Program-made: the position numbers and the translations under genes
NCBI GenBank assembly: GCA_029953675.1
Contig: JAMWBK010000010.1
Location: 1,626,455-1,690,454, forward strand
Source of the DNA: Rhodosorus marinus CCMP1338
Lineage: Eukaryota; Plantae; Rhodophyta
Direction: 5' to 3'
DNA: 64,000 bases
Notes under the pieces: model-generated
The model's database searches: none
Told to the model about the DNA's origin: nothing
The model's input: only the letters and a program-made list of their open reading frames with translations
Shown here: positions 45,980 through 57,034 of the stretch, in pieces
How the letters are laid out: each line of letters opens with the position of its first letter
Numbering within the stretch: the first letter of the stretch is position 1

Positions 45980-48900
45980 ATGGATCTACAGTCTTATGTC
46001 CTGAAGGAGGGCGGAGACTGGGGCATTTGGCGTACGCGTTTTCGGAGTTGGCTCCGGCGGTGGATTTCTTTGGAAGGAGGCTCGCTTCCCCTCCGTGGGG
46101 GCATTCCCCCAGTCGTCCTTCCTCGTGGAGACCTTCTAGTAGCTGGAACCATTCTCGATTTCATCTTCACGAGCCTGGCTCGCAACATTCGGGACACAGT
46201 CATTTGGGTTTTTCTGGGGGTCATGCCGCGGCTGATTCTGGCCCCCATTCACACATCGGAGCGCAGATGGCGAGTACGAGACCGACTGGCCCTGTTCTTG
46301 AGGGGAGACTTCGAAGTACTACAGCGCAGCTATTTGGCGTCGTCAGCACCATCCGTCCGTCGGACTCGGCATGGCACAGTGTCGCCCGTGCCGGCTCGAG
46401 TACAGAAATTGGTAGCAGCGGGCGATTTAAGTCGAGCGGCGCGGGTTTTGGAGGGCCAGGCGCCTGTCCTCCCCTACGATGATAGTCTCGCGCAGACGGT
46501 GTCGTCTTTGTTCCCTGAGTCCGACGTGGATTTGTCCCCTGAATTCGAGGTATTCTTGGACCGTCCGGAGTTGGCCAGGTTTCGCATCGATCTGACGCTC
46601 AGTGAGTCTGACCTGGAGGATTTGCTTCGTACCTCGCGTCGGGGACGCTGTCCCGGACCCTCCGGACTAAGAACAGAGCTATTGCAGGCCCTGAGCCAGC
46701 CTGGCCAGAGCGCGCTTCTGAGGATCCTTAACAAGTTGTTCCAGGGCGTATCGGGTGCGTCTGCGCCATGGGAACATCTCCGGCAGGCACAGCTTTGCTT
46801 GCTCACGAAACCTGACCACCAGCCGGCCCTGCCCACCCGCGTCTCCGGCCGATCGGGATGGTGGAGAGCCTACGGAAGTTAGCCGGGAGGTGGCTATGCC
46901 AGCGCCTTCGCCAGCGCGTCACAGCTTTTATGGCGCCCTTGCAAGTAGGGGTGGGATTTTCTGGGGGTTGCGAACTGATCACCCATGGGATCGAGCTAGA
47001 ACGCGCCAGTAGGCCGGAGTGGGGAGTCTTGGTGGTTGATTTCCGGAACGCATTCAACAGCGTGTCGCGGACGCATGCGCTAGAGGTGCTCCGACGTGTG
47101 TTTCCGGAGGCGTGGCCGTTTCTATTGGGTATTTACGGAGGGGAGAGCCTCCCCTACTTGACAACGGAGGGCACTGTTTTTCAAGCACATACTGGCGTCC
47201 AACAAGGCGAGCCTTGCGGAGCTCTTCTTCATGCCTGTGCCCTACAGCTCATACTTTTACGTCTTTCGACTGAGGTCTCGGATCTTCGAATCTGCGCGTA
47301 CCACGATGACGTAACATTGCTGGGCACCCCTGACACCCTGGCTAGGGGACTGACCGCGATCGAAGCGATTGCACGTCGCGTCGGTTTGACTGTGGAAACA
47401 GAAAAATGTCGCTTTCTCCCCGCGAGGGACGTGTCGCTGAACTCTCTGCCACCCACTCTGCGACTAATCAGCGAACGTGAAGGGTTCGAACACCACGGCG
47501 TCGGATTGGGGACTGACAACTTTGTCCAAGCATCCTGCGAGCGAGTTTTGGCACGGCACAAGCAACTCACCGACGCCATTGAGCACCTACCCGACAGCAT
47601 GCTGCAATCGGCCTGCTTGCTTTCCCGCTTTTGTGCCGGTCCCAGACTCAACTACTGGTTGCGCAGCCTGCCTCCAGCTTGGGGCTCGTGGATCGCGGCT
47701 AAAGCCGACGAAATGACCCTGCAACACTGGGGAACGCTCTTGGATGAGCCCCTCGATCTTGAAGCTGCTCCCGACAGGGACTTAATTCGTGCACAGAGCG
47801 CTCTACCGTTGCGATTAGGGGGATTCGGCGTCGCAGACCGTGGGCTGGTATGCTCGCCAGCGGCGGTTGCCTCCTGGGCTACCGCGCTGCGAACGTTGGT
47901 GACCTTCCGGATGCGAAGTGCCTGCCTCTTGGCTCGAGCTTTGACCAACGAGGATCCAGTGACCCTGCCGCCCCCGCTTTTGACAATTTATGATGGTCTT
48001 CAACACGCGTTCAGGAGGTGCAACGCCGTGCCGGACGCAAATCGGTCCCGCTTTCGTTCCTGGAGGGAGCTGTTATGGGGACGAGCTGGAAGCGATTGAG
48101 GATTGTCCCCTCGACCGAGTTCTTGCCGATGACGGAGAGGCTAGCCCCGGGTCCCCTGTTGCAGACTACCCGGGTTTGAGCCGATTGTGGAGCTCCCGCA
48201 CTGATGTGATTCAACATAGCCTCACCTGGGGCCAACACAGTGCCGCTCACACAGTCATGCTCAATTCTCCTCTCACGCCGCCTACCACTGCCGCTCGTCT
48301 CCGCGGCATGGGAGGCCACCTCTCGCACTTGTGGTTAACCACTCTACCGTCGTCATTGAGTCATCGTCTCGATGCTTTCCAGTTCCGTTCTGCCGCACGC
48401 ATCTATCTCGGTTTGCCACAGGCTCCGTGGCACTCTAATCGGCCGTCTTTCTGTCAGGGATGTGAGAGCCGGATTGACGCTTGTGGCTACCACTTCCTGG
48501 GTTCCTGCGGACTGTTGCGAGGTCTCCGTACGAGGCGTCACACTCGCCTCAAGTACATCCTCAGCGAATCTTTGACTCGGATAGGGCATACGGTTGAGGT
48601 TGAGTCGGAACTGCCCAGATCCATCTCGGACTCTGCACCGCCCCGTTGTATAGCCGATCTCCTCGTCTCCGACGCTGCTGCCAGACGCTCAACATATGTG
48701 GACCTTGCGATTACCTGCCCCGTGGCCAGCGCCCACCTCACCGCAGCCGCCCGCCGCCGGGGGGCCGCGGCTTCAGCCCTTCGAAGAGTTAAGGAACGAC
48801 GGTATGCTGAGAGCATGGCCAGTCTGCCTTGCGCTGAGGGTCGCTCTCACCGGTTCCAGCCATTCATTGTGGAAAGCTTTGGTCACGTCGATAAGTCGGG

Positions 48901-49057
48901 TTTAGAGTGGTTGCGGAAATGTTTTGCTGAGCATCCTACTGAATATTTGGCGCTCTTGAGGCGTTTAAGTGTCTCCCTTTGGCGATATTCCAGCGACATG
49001 CTTTCCGAGGCGCGCCATCGGCGCCTGGGGTTGCATGCTTCCCTCCCTAGTTATTAG
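45980..49057 (+). pseudogene. Family B ORF2 (RT, CCHC, REL endonuclease) with two frameshifts
   Basis: GRCPGPSGLR, DFRNAFNSV, GVQQGEPCG, AYHDD, LPLRLGGFG, CQGC-x8-H-x4-C, RRHT, IADL, YVDL and FIVESFG motifs across ORFs 45980-46882, 46858-48099 and 47990-49057. Confidence 0.92.
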
Positions 49058-49499
49058 TTCATCTTCACGCCTTGCGTAGCGCTTCAGGCTATGCTAGTAA
49101 AGTCCAGTCCAGTAAAGTCCAGTATGAGGGGGGAAAGAACGAAGTCCCCAACGTAGTCCCTAGCCTCGGTTTTCAACGGCTTTGCTTTAGGTAAATGGAT
49201 ACTGCAGGGGAAAACATTCCATCCGCATTTCATGTCGCTCTCCCCCCACCCCAGACTGATATTCAATTTTGTCCTGCGAAGCGCCTAACGGCCATGATGC
49301 AATGATACTCCCCCCTTATAAACCGTTTGTCTCCAATCGTTGCTTGCCGGTTTAGGTTTCTAGCTGTAGAGTATGCATTTGGATGCTGGAGGCGGGATCT
49401 TCGTTGTGCTTTGCTTAGCCTGCTTTTTCCGCTCACATGTCTTTGTTTCAGTCCCCGAGGAGACTGAAAATCCATTTCATTTGTTCTTGGAACAAAAAA

Positions 49500-49565
49500 A
49501 AAACGCCGACGACGGCAAAAAGCCGTTGGCGCAAAAAAGCCCGTTGGCGCAAAAAAAGCCGTTGC
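49500..49565. repeat. Short tandem repeat AAAAAAGCCGTTGGCGC, about 3 copies
   Basis: Directly visible just upstream of the family C fragment. Confidence 0.85.
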
Positions 49566-49659
49566 AAGCAAATCTTCGGTTATGATGGGTATCCCACGGG
49601 GGTACGTTTTTTCTTTTTCGAAGGATGTCTTGGAGGCTACGTTAGTCTGAAACGGCACC

Positions 49660-51530
49660 GTCAGACACGATGGCATTCACCTCTACTTGATTCCCATTGG
49701 CACAAGGAGCTACATGCAAGCATGTAGCCACCCGCCACACATGCGGAGGATACAACGCGAGCAGGAGAAGCTTGTGCACGAAATAATACGATCCCCTACG
49801 GGTCGCCGTCCTTCGTTGAAGGCGAGTTGCTGCAGCTCCTCGGTAAGCACAGACAGCTGGTTGCAGAGCTTCGACGGCTACCTCCGGGCTTTCTCCAGTG
49901 CTCGTTGTTGCTGTTTCGGTATTGTTGCAGTCAGCGGTTAACCTATTGGCTTCGCTCACTTCCAACTCATTGGGGCCGGTGGTTGGCCACTCGTGCGGAT
50001 GCTGAAAGTTTCCGTGACCTGGGGTATTTTCTCGATGAAGAGCTGAGCGCTCTGCCGCGACCCACCTGTGATGTTGTGCGCGCCCAGGTAGGCCTCCCAT
50101 TGAGATTGGGGGGACTGGGCCTCTGCAATCGTGTTGTGGTCCAACCTGCAGCCGCAGTAGGGGCCTGGGGAACCGCACTTCCCACTTTGAGCAGCTTGGG
50201 TATCTCGAAGTTCCGCAATTTGATGGCGAGCCTCTCGCGGGGTGTCTTGCTTCCCAGCGTACCGGAAAGCGCCCAAGACTTGTTTCTGGAGCTCCAAACC
50301 GCCCTGAACTCCTGTACTAGTCTCCCCGAAACCGTTCAACCCCGTCTTCCTGACTGGCGAGCTGTATTTGACCGCTCTCGAGGCTCCGCCCCGGGGATTC
50401 GTCCTGCGCCTGAACCTGTTCTAGGGGAGATTGACCCAGTGGTTGCCGCAGAAGAAGAAGTTCCAGTTGATCCTCCTGATGATTCCCAGCGCGCTGGGAG
50501 CCGAGCTCAAGCACGCACGGATGCGCTGCAAAATATCCTTTCTTGGGACTTGCACCGTGCTGCATATGGCCGACTCCTCGCGCAGATGGTCTCATCTTCT
50601 CGCGCTCGCGCCCGCCTACGTAGTCTTGGAGGGGTTCTTAGCTCTCAGTGGCTCATGACCGTACCAGCCTTTCCGCCACTCACACTGTCGGATTTCGAAG
50701 TGCGTACTTCACTGCGCTTATACCTCGGCTTACAGCAGCCCCCTTGGCCGTACGAGATGGGTTCGTCGTGCCCTCTCTGCTCTCAGACTGAAGACAACGC
50801 AGATTTTGGCGCCCACCTGCTCGCTAGTTGCCCGGCGGTGAAAGGTGCTCGAACCCGCCGCCACACACGGATCTTGAACCTGTTATACCGGGAACTTCGG
50901 CCTATAGTCCAGCAAGCCGGTCTGGAAATCGAACGTGAGAAACCTTTACCCGTCGCGGACTTTCAAAATGATGAACGCCGTGTAGCCGACCTGGTGATAA
51001 CCTGTGACGACAGCCGCCGTACCACATACGTTGATCTTGCTGTTCCCAACCCTCAAGCTAGTCGTTATCTCCCGGCTGCGGGGGAGCGCCGTGGATCTGC
51101 CGCCGCCAGCATGAGACGCCGCAAAGAGATCAAATACGCGGGGGCTTTGTCTTCCCCTGGTGTTCGTGCTTCGGCACTAGCACATCGCTTGGTACCCCTG
51201 ATCATTGAGTGCTTTGGGTTCATGGACTCTGTTGGTTCTCGCTGGCTTCGGGAGTTGTTCCGCGAACGCCCTGACCGTCTTCAATCGTTGTTTACCCGCT
51301 TAAGTTTCCTGCTGTGGCGCATGAATGCCGCTTTGATGTTGGAGGCGCGAGTACTTCGCCGCGCTTAGTCTTTTTTTCCCCTCGGGGTTTTTTTTTTTTT
51401 CAGCCTCCGATTAAACCATTCATTCAAATAATACGATAGAGTTGAGAAGTCCGAAAGGGCTTTCTTCGACACATCCTTCCCCTCGGGCGTTTTTTTCTTT
51501 TAGCTGCCGATTAAATCATTCATTCAAATA
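49660..51530 (+). mobile_element. 5'-truncated family C REL non-LTR element with a duplicated T-rich/CATTCATT 3' end
   Basis: ORF 49827-51368 has LPLRLGGLG, CPLC...HLLASC, RRHTRI, RVADL, YVDLAV, KEIKY and LIIECFG. The unit CCCTCGGG-T(n)-...CCGATTAAA.CATTCATTCAAATA occurs twice (about 51378 and 51479). Confidence 0.9.
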
Positions 51531-52052
51531 AAAGTCCAGTTTACACAGCCGTTCGCATGTGAAGCTTGGAGCTCTAGTGTCGGTCTGGGATGAGCCTGGG
51601 ATTATCGATAATGCTTGGGGTTCACCCAATAGGCGTACCCGAACTTCTACGAAAGCAAAGAACAGTTTTGGTTGTTGGATTAGGCGTTCCAACGGGTTGG
51701 GTGGGGGGGGTGAATCGCCTGACCTTCGAGGCTCCTTTATCTTTGGTTTGTTTTGCGGAATCTCTAGCCCCACACTGGCTGAAGCGAGGCAACGCGAAGG
51801 CCCAAACAGTGTAAACAGTGAAGGAATGCACACAGGCGGGAAATGGACCTTGAAACATGGAAAGTGGGCAAAAATCGAACAGCCCTCGTGCCCACCGCCA
51901 AATCCACCCATGCTCGTCGTAATTGCACAACTCTACTCAGGAGAATAAGTAAGCCTCTTGTTAAGGCTCAGTGAAGTCGAGAGCGGAGGCTTGGTAGATT
52001 TGGGGGTTTGTAGGAGAAAGAAGTTGGACACGGAGACAGGGGTTGAGGAGGG

Positions 52053-52733
52053 ATGGGGTCTTGCGCACTTGTAGCACTCGTACTGGCCGCGGTCCTTGCT
52101 GTCGTTCAATGTCAGGACTGCTCTAGTGATCCACGAAGCGGATTGTTTGAATATTCAGAGTTTTGTAGACCACTCCGTGACAGGAATGGGGTCCGATATG
52201 GTGAAGTATGTGCGGACACAAAGTTAAACAACAATACTGTGGCCGAGTTCCCCGCGAGCTGTATGAGACTCAAGTTCAGAGCTGATGAAGGATATCAACT
52301 CCATGAGCTGCGAGGAGGGGCGCACTTTGGTGAGCCTCCTGAAGAGCAGGATAGATTTACGTCCTACCGGGACATCGATAGACGGAAGTGTTTAAATCGG
52401 ATAGTAGACCCGGTTACGGTAGCCAGGATTCTCATCTGTCCGGAGGAATTAGCTGGAATGTCTGAGTGCTGCGGAGGAACTGTCAATGCAGTCGCGTACG
52501 CCATAGTCAGTTCAATCCCCGATGGTGAGGAAATCCGTGCTTTTCTCGGTGCCAACGAAGATACGGACGACCTATGTACGACACGAGAGGCAGACAACAC
52601 GACCTCCTGTACCGTTGAGATTCAGTGTGAGGCTTGCGCAGGGGATCAGTGCCGAGGGTTAGGGGGTGTTTGTTCGGCGATTGATGACCTTCGCTGCCCC
52701 TTTCCAACGGTATGTCGTTCTTTAATGCGCTGA
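52053..52733 (+). CDS. Secreted Cys-rich protein of unknown family; single exon
   Basis: 226-aa ORF with signal peptide MGSCALVALVLAAVLAVVQC and many cysteines. Confidence 0.75.
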   Translation: MGSCALVALVLAAVLAVVQCQDCSSDPRSGLFEYSEFCRPLRDRNGVRYGEVCADTKLNNNTVAEFPASCMRLKFRADEGYQLHELRGGAHFGEPPEEQDRFTSYRDIDRRKCLNRIVDPVTVARILICPEELAGMSECCGGTVNAVAYAIVSSIPDGEEIRAFLGANEDTDDLCTTREADNTTSCTVEIQCEACAGDQCRGLGGVCSAIDDLRCPFPTVCRSLMR

Positions 52734-53460
52734 ACGTTTAGAACGAATCACGGAGGCCTTGAGTCCATCAGGACTGGTTTTCCTTCAGAAAAACGCGCTT
52801 GGGGTTATTCCATGCTTTACAAACGGAGGGATAGTGAGCGTGTTGCAAACGGCTGACAAGTTGCACCAACCTCTATGCGTTCTTTATGGTAGAAGCCCGT
52901 CAGAGCTGACGACGAAATATGCTCTTGTGAGGAGGAACAGTGCCCGTCGGGTACCTGCTCTAGGCTCGGTTTTACCCCGTGTTACTTCTCCACTGGAGCA
53001 CGTTGCAACAACCAAGCTGTAAGTCTAAGGAAAAGCTCAAGCTCCGTTTCCAGAACAATTCTGACAGAAGAGTGCATCCGTTTCTACTTGGACCTCGCGG
53101 GCATCTGTGCGTCTACTAACCTCGTCTAGTTTGGATTTTCGGGCTTTGTGGGAAATACTTTATTCGGATGCGATTGCTGCAATCCGGGGACCTCGTGTAT
53201 TGACGAACAGACTGACTGGTGTGTCCTCCATAGCGAATTTCCTTGCCCTGGCTCATCTGTACGTGACGAACCTCCGACTTTGTGACACTCCTGCTCACGA
53301 TTTTGCTCTCGTTGTGGACGCACTTTTCTTCCACCTTCGACGATAACGGAGTCGGCCCTTTTTCTTCCTATGTCCCTCTGCCTTAGGTTGCATTCGCCGG
53401 GAACAGAGGATTCTGCACGTGCCTTGAGCCGTAACGGAGGATCCTGCACGTGCGCCTCGT

Positions 53461-53495
53461 AAAACTTCACTTGGCAGCTGCCTACTGCAGACTAG
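53461..53495 (-). repeat. Isolated fragment of the family A 3' UTR
   Basis: The minus strand CTGCAGTAGGCAGCTGCCAAGTGAAGTTTTAC matches the 3' UTR near 53865-53895. Confidence 0.7.
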
Positions 53496-53944
53496 CGTTT
53501 ACGACTAGCGTAAAACTGTACCTTTTACGTATGCGGAAACACTCCAAAACAATGCAGTTGGTTTCGTAGGTTTATCAAGAAAGCCGTGGAGTGTATTTCT
53601 TCACCCGTAGGAGCTACTAAGGCGACTTCTATTTGCACAAGAAGATAGAAGTGTATTCAAGGGGTCCCTATTGCTACAAGAAAGCATGCGAGATAGAGGC
53701 TTATTTAGAGACGAGAGTGTTTGTCCTAAGCAAGAACAACACAGCCAACACATAGCATTGGCCATGGTTGCCATTTCAATCCGATAAAAAATTATCCGAT
53801 TTCGTGTGTAAGTATGGGACTTGAATGTCGTAATACATATGTAACTGTAATCTTTGCAGTAACCGTAAACTTTACTGGGCAGCTGCCTACTGCAGTGCAA
53901 CACTACCTCTAATCCTATCTAGGGTGAAGTGTACTGGAACTCCG

Positions 53945-56900
53945 CTACCGACGTCTCATGCTACGTTCAAAAGAAAAAACAGGCACCAACGGATTTTCCA
54001 ACTGCTCCACGCGCAAAGCGCCTAATGCTATCTCTGCGTTACCTCGCCATAGTTGCCGGTTTATCTGCGATCTCACGTCTCTCAGCTCCTCCCTCCTGTG
54101 CAGTAGGTGTTTGCAGCTGTCGCGGAGGAACTCTTGTGCCATTTGCCCCGTACGCCCAAACGTCTCTATCGCTATCGGAATGAACTTATCATCCGGTTTC
54201 TCGATCACCATCGCTTCTTTCTAGTGAGCGATTTTCCACTTCTCCGCAGCTCTCGCCGCGTATCCGCTAGCATCTTGGCTCCGCCGCAAATATTTTCCCT
54301 GTAATGGTGACACTACCGTCACATCCAGCGCATACCTTTGTTTGGTCCTCGGATGCCTAGCAACGATATCAGGTCTCAGTCCGTAATTCTCGAAGTACCC
54401 CTCAGGTTCTTGCTCTACGTCCATGAAGTTCCATCGCCTTAGCCACCGTGTCAGCTCTCTGCAGATTTCGTCATGCCTACGTTGCCACAGTCCAGTTGAT
54501 GTTGGGTAGTGATGAAACCGTTGTACCCCAGTCCTTCCGTGTTTACTCCGGCAACTAGTGCATTTCTCCGTGGTCCGCAATCCCGGAATTGGCAGACCCA
54601 GCAGTTGTCGAACGTTTACCTGCATCTCAACCGCACTCAATTTTTTCGGTGTCAGCGTTGGTATTTCACGTAGCCACACTCCCGACCCGGATCCCGCGGC
54701 AGACCGTATTCGAGCTCGGTTTTCAGGGGAGATTCGTGGGTTGGTGACCAGCTTTTGGAATGCACAATGGTGTGCCTCTCGAGAGAGGGTTTGTTGTATT
54801 GAACCAATATTCCAAGCTGCAGTCTCGCCCGGTGCGCTTCGAAGACATGGTCCGAGCCTCCGTTGTATTGCTCGCGACGATGCACAGATCTGGTCCGCCA
54901 GCTGTGCAGTCGACCATCGTTGATCCATCGGCTCGTATGTGTCTGGTGAGCGTTCTGCCGTAACCTCCCGCTCTAGTTCAGTCAGGTATGGCCATTCATC
55001 TTCATTGTTCCGGAAGGTGTTTCTCCATGACGAGTAAAACGCGATGGGTTGGACGCGCTTTCGAGTAGCGAAACCCAAACCTCCCCAGCGGCAGGGCAGA
55101 GCGATTCGGTCCGAGATCAGCTCTGCGTACTCATCGTCCTCTACAGCTGTCGTAGCGAGGCCTCCGAATCGAATTTCCAGGTTATATCTGGTCATCACGT
55201 CGGCCTCGCGTGCCAGATTTCTTCCAAACTCGTATGCGAGGCATCGTAGCACATAGTCTAGTCGCGTTTCTGCACAGAACCTGAAGAGGGCATTTTGCGT
55301 CGTAAGCTCCGGTTGTGGGAGCTTGGCAATTTCCTCAAAGAGTTTCTCATGCTTATTTTGCAACCCCCGGCACTCCTGTTCGATATATTCTCGGCTGCCT
55401 ATCGCTATCGAGTGGATGGTGACTCCGTCTCTGGTGACTTGCACTCCAGGAATCTCATGGTTGACCACTCGCGTGGTAGTCAGTGTTCGCCCGTACACAG
55501 TGCACTTTCCGAGTTCCAGGCGTGCTCCAAGAGAGGGGAGCACAGTTTTTGCCCATGCCAGGGACGCCTTCACGGCTTGTAGCGACCCGACAATCGTGAT
55601 ATCGTCGTGGATAGCAACAATCGTTTCGTTGGGGAACTTGGCTCGCAACGCTCTTAGAAAGGGCGCCAGGGATAGTGCATGTAGCACCGACCCCAGTGGA
55701 TCTCCCTGTTGGACTCCTGTAGTTTCTTGGAGAGTCAGGCGAGAGGTGTCGGTTTCGTTCTGTCCAGGGGAACATCGCCAGCCACAGAGCGTCGGTGAGT
55801 CCGCGTTGTCGCTTCCATAGCCAAGTCTATTCACTGGTGCAAGCTCCGGCAAGTGTTCGTCCACCAGTTGCTTGGCAAGGCGTCGGTCGATGCGATTAAA
55901 GGCATTCTCAAGGTCTAGGCGAAGGACCACCGAATCGGGTTCGCATGACAAATGGGCCTGGATCGCGTGAAGTGAGCGTTCGCACCCGCCACTTACTCCG
56001 ATACCCAGTTGTAAGGGCACCAGGAGGAGCTCACGCACCCTGTCCATAACCGCGTGAAGAGTCCATTGCGTTGCTACCTTGCGCAAAACTTCTGGTACTC
56101 CGATAGGGCGAACTCTGGGATGCTCCTGCGGCACTGAACCCTTGTTAGGCTTCGTGAACGGCGGGAGTCGACTACTGCGAAGGGCGCGTGTCAGAGCCGG
56201 GGAAAATTTCTCAGGAGCGGTCGCCAGTTGTCGCAATACACGAATCAACGCCACTTGCGTCTGTTGAGTTGCACCTTGGAGGTGTTCCGATCGGAGACCG
56301 CTAGGACCTGGGCTCTTGCCCTGAGGAAGACGTACCACGATCGACATGAGGCCCTCGTCGGCCGCTTTTCTTGAATCCCACCGCCGCTTTAGTGTTTCGG
56401 TATTCAGAGCGAGCAAAGATTGCAGTGCGTGTGCAATCTCGTCTGGTAAGTCACCTTCCGCCGGGTTGGGAAAGAGCGCTTGTAGTTGTCTCCACGTAGC
56501 CGCGGTAAAAGGTGCCATTTCGGTGGCCTGTAGGCTCCGAGCTGCATCTGAAAGGCGGCCAAGGTGTGCTAGTTTCAGCGCTCGCTTGTGGCGCCCGAGA
56601 TGTTGGCGTCGAACCGCTTCAGCTCCTTGCGGTGCGGTAGTATGCGACAGCATAGACGCCTTGTCCTCTAGAGCACTCCAGACCGTAGAGAATTCTCCTT
56701 CAAGCACATGCGATACCTGAATGCCAACATCAAGTGCAGAGTGTCCAAGGACAAGACCTGGAAGTCCGACAAGAAGCAGGCTGGCGTTTGCTGGTGCGGT
56801 GCTGTCCATAGAGAGCTCTAATGCAGCACGGAAGAGGCAGCTCCATGTGTGAACCTGGGCGCGTGGCACAAATCGCCGTGTGGGAACCGGGCAGTGTGTA

Positions 56901-57034
56901 AGGCGCGTCCACTGCCTGCCTCCTTCCGTGACGTCGTCGACGAAGACGCTCCACCGCCTGATCCAGTCTTGACGATCCGAGAAGAATAGAGGCTCTTCGC
57001 GGCGTCGTTTGATTCCCCTACGTCTGCTCGGCAT
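53945..57034 (-). pseudogene. Family A ORF2 (RT and REL); single in-frame TAG at 54221-54223
   Basis: GKSPGPSGLR, RPIGVPE, DLENAFNRI, GVQQGDPLG, AIHDD, RRHDEI, LRPDI, ALDVTVVSP and IPIAIETFG. ORF 53945-54211 is in frame with 54221-57034. Confidence 0.92.

Larger units (their letters stand above)
43630..49124 (+). mobile_element. Near full-length family B two-ORF REL non-LTR retrotransposon with an (AGTAAAGTCC)n-type tail; 5' boundary approximate
   Basis: ORF1, then ORF2 with RT and REL, a 3' UTR and the tail at 49095-49124. Confidence 0.88.

Noticed and set aside
53473-53895. 18-bp direct repeat GGCAGCTGCCTACTGCAG as a TSD around a roughly 390-bp insertion
   Set aside because: The sequence is part of the family A 3' UTR (also at about 36370-36385 on the plus strand), so these are two UTR copies.
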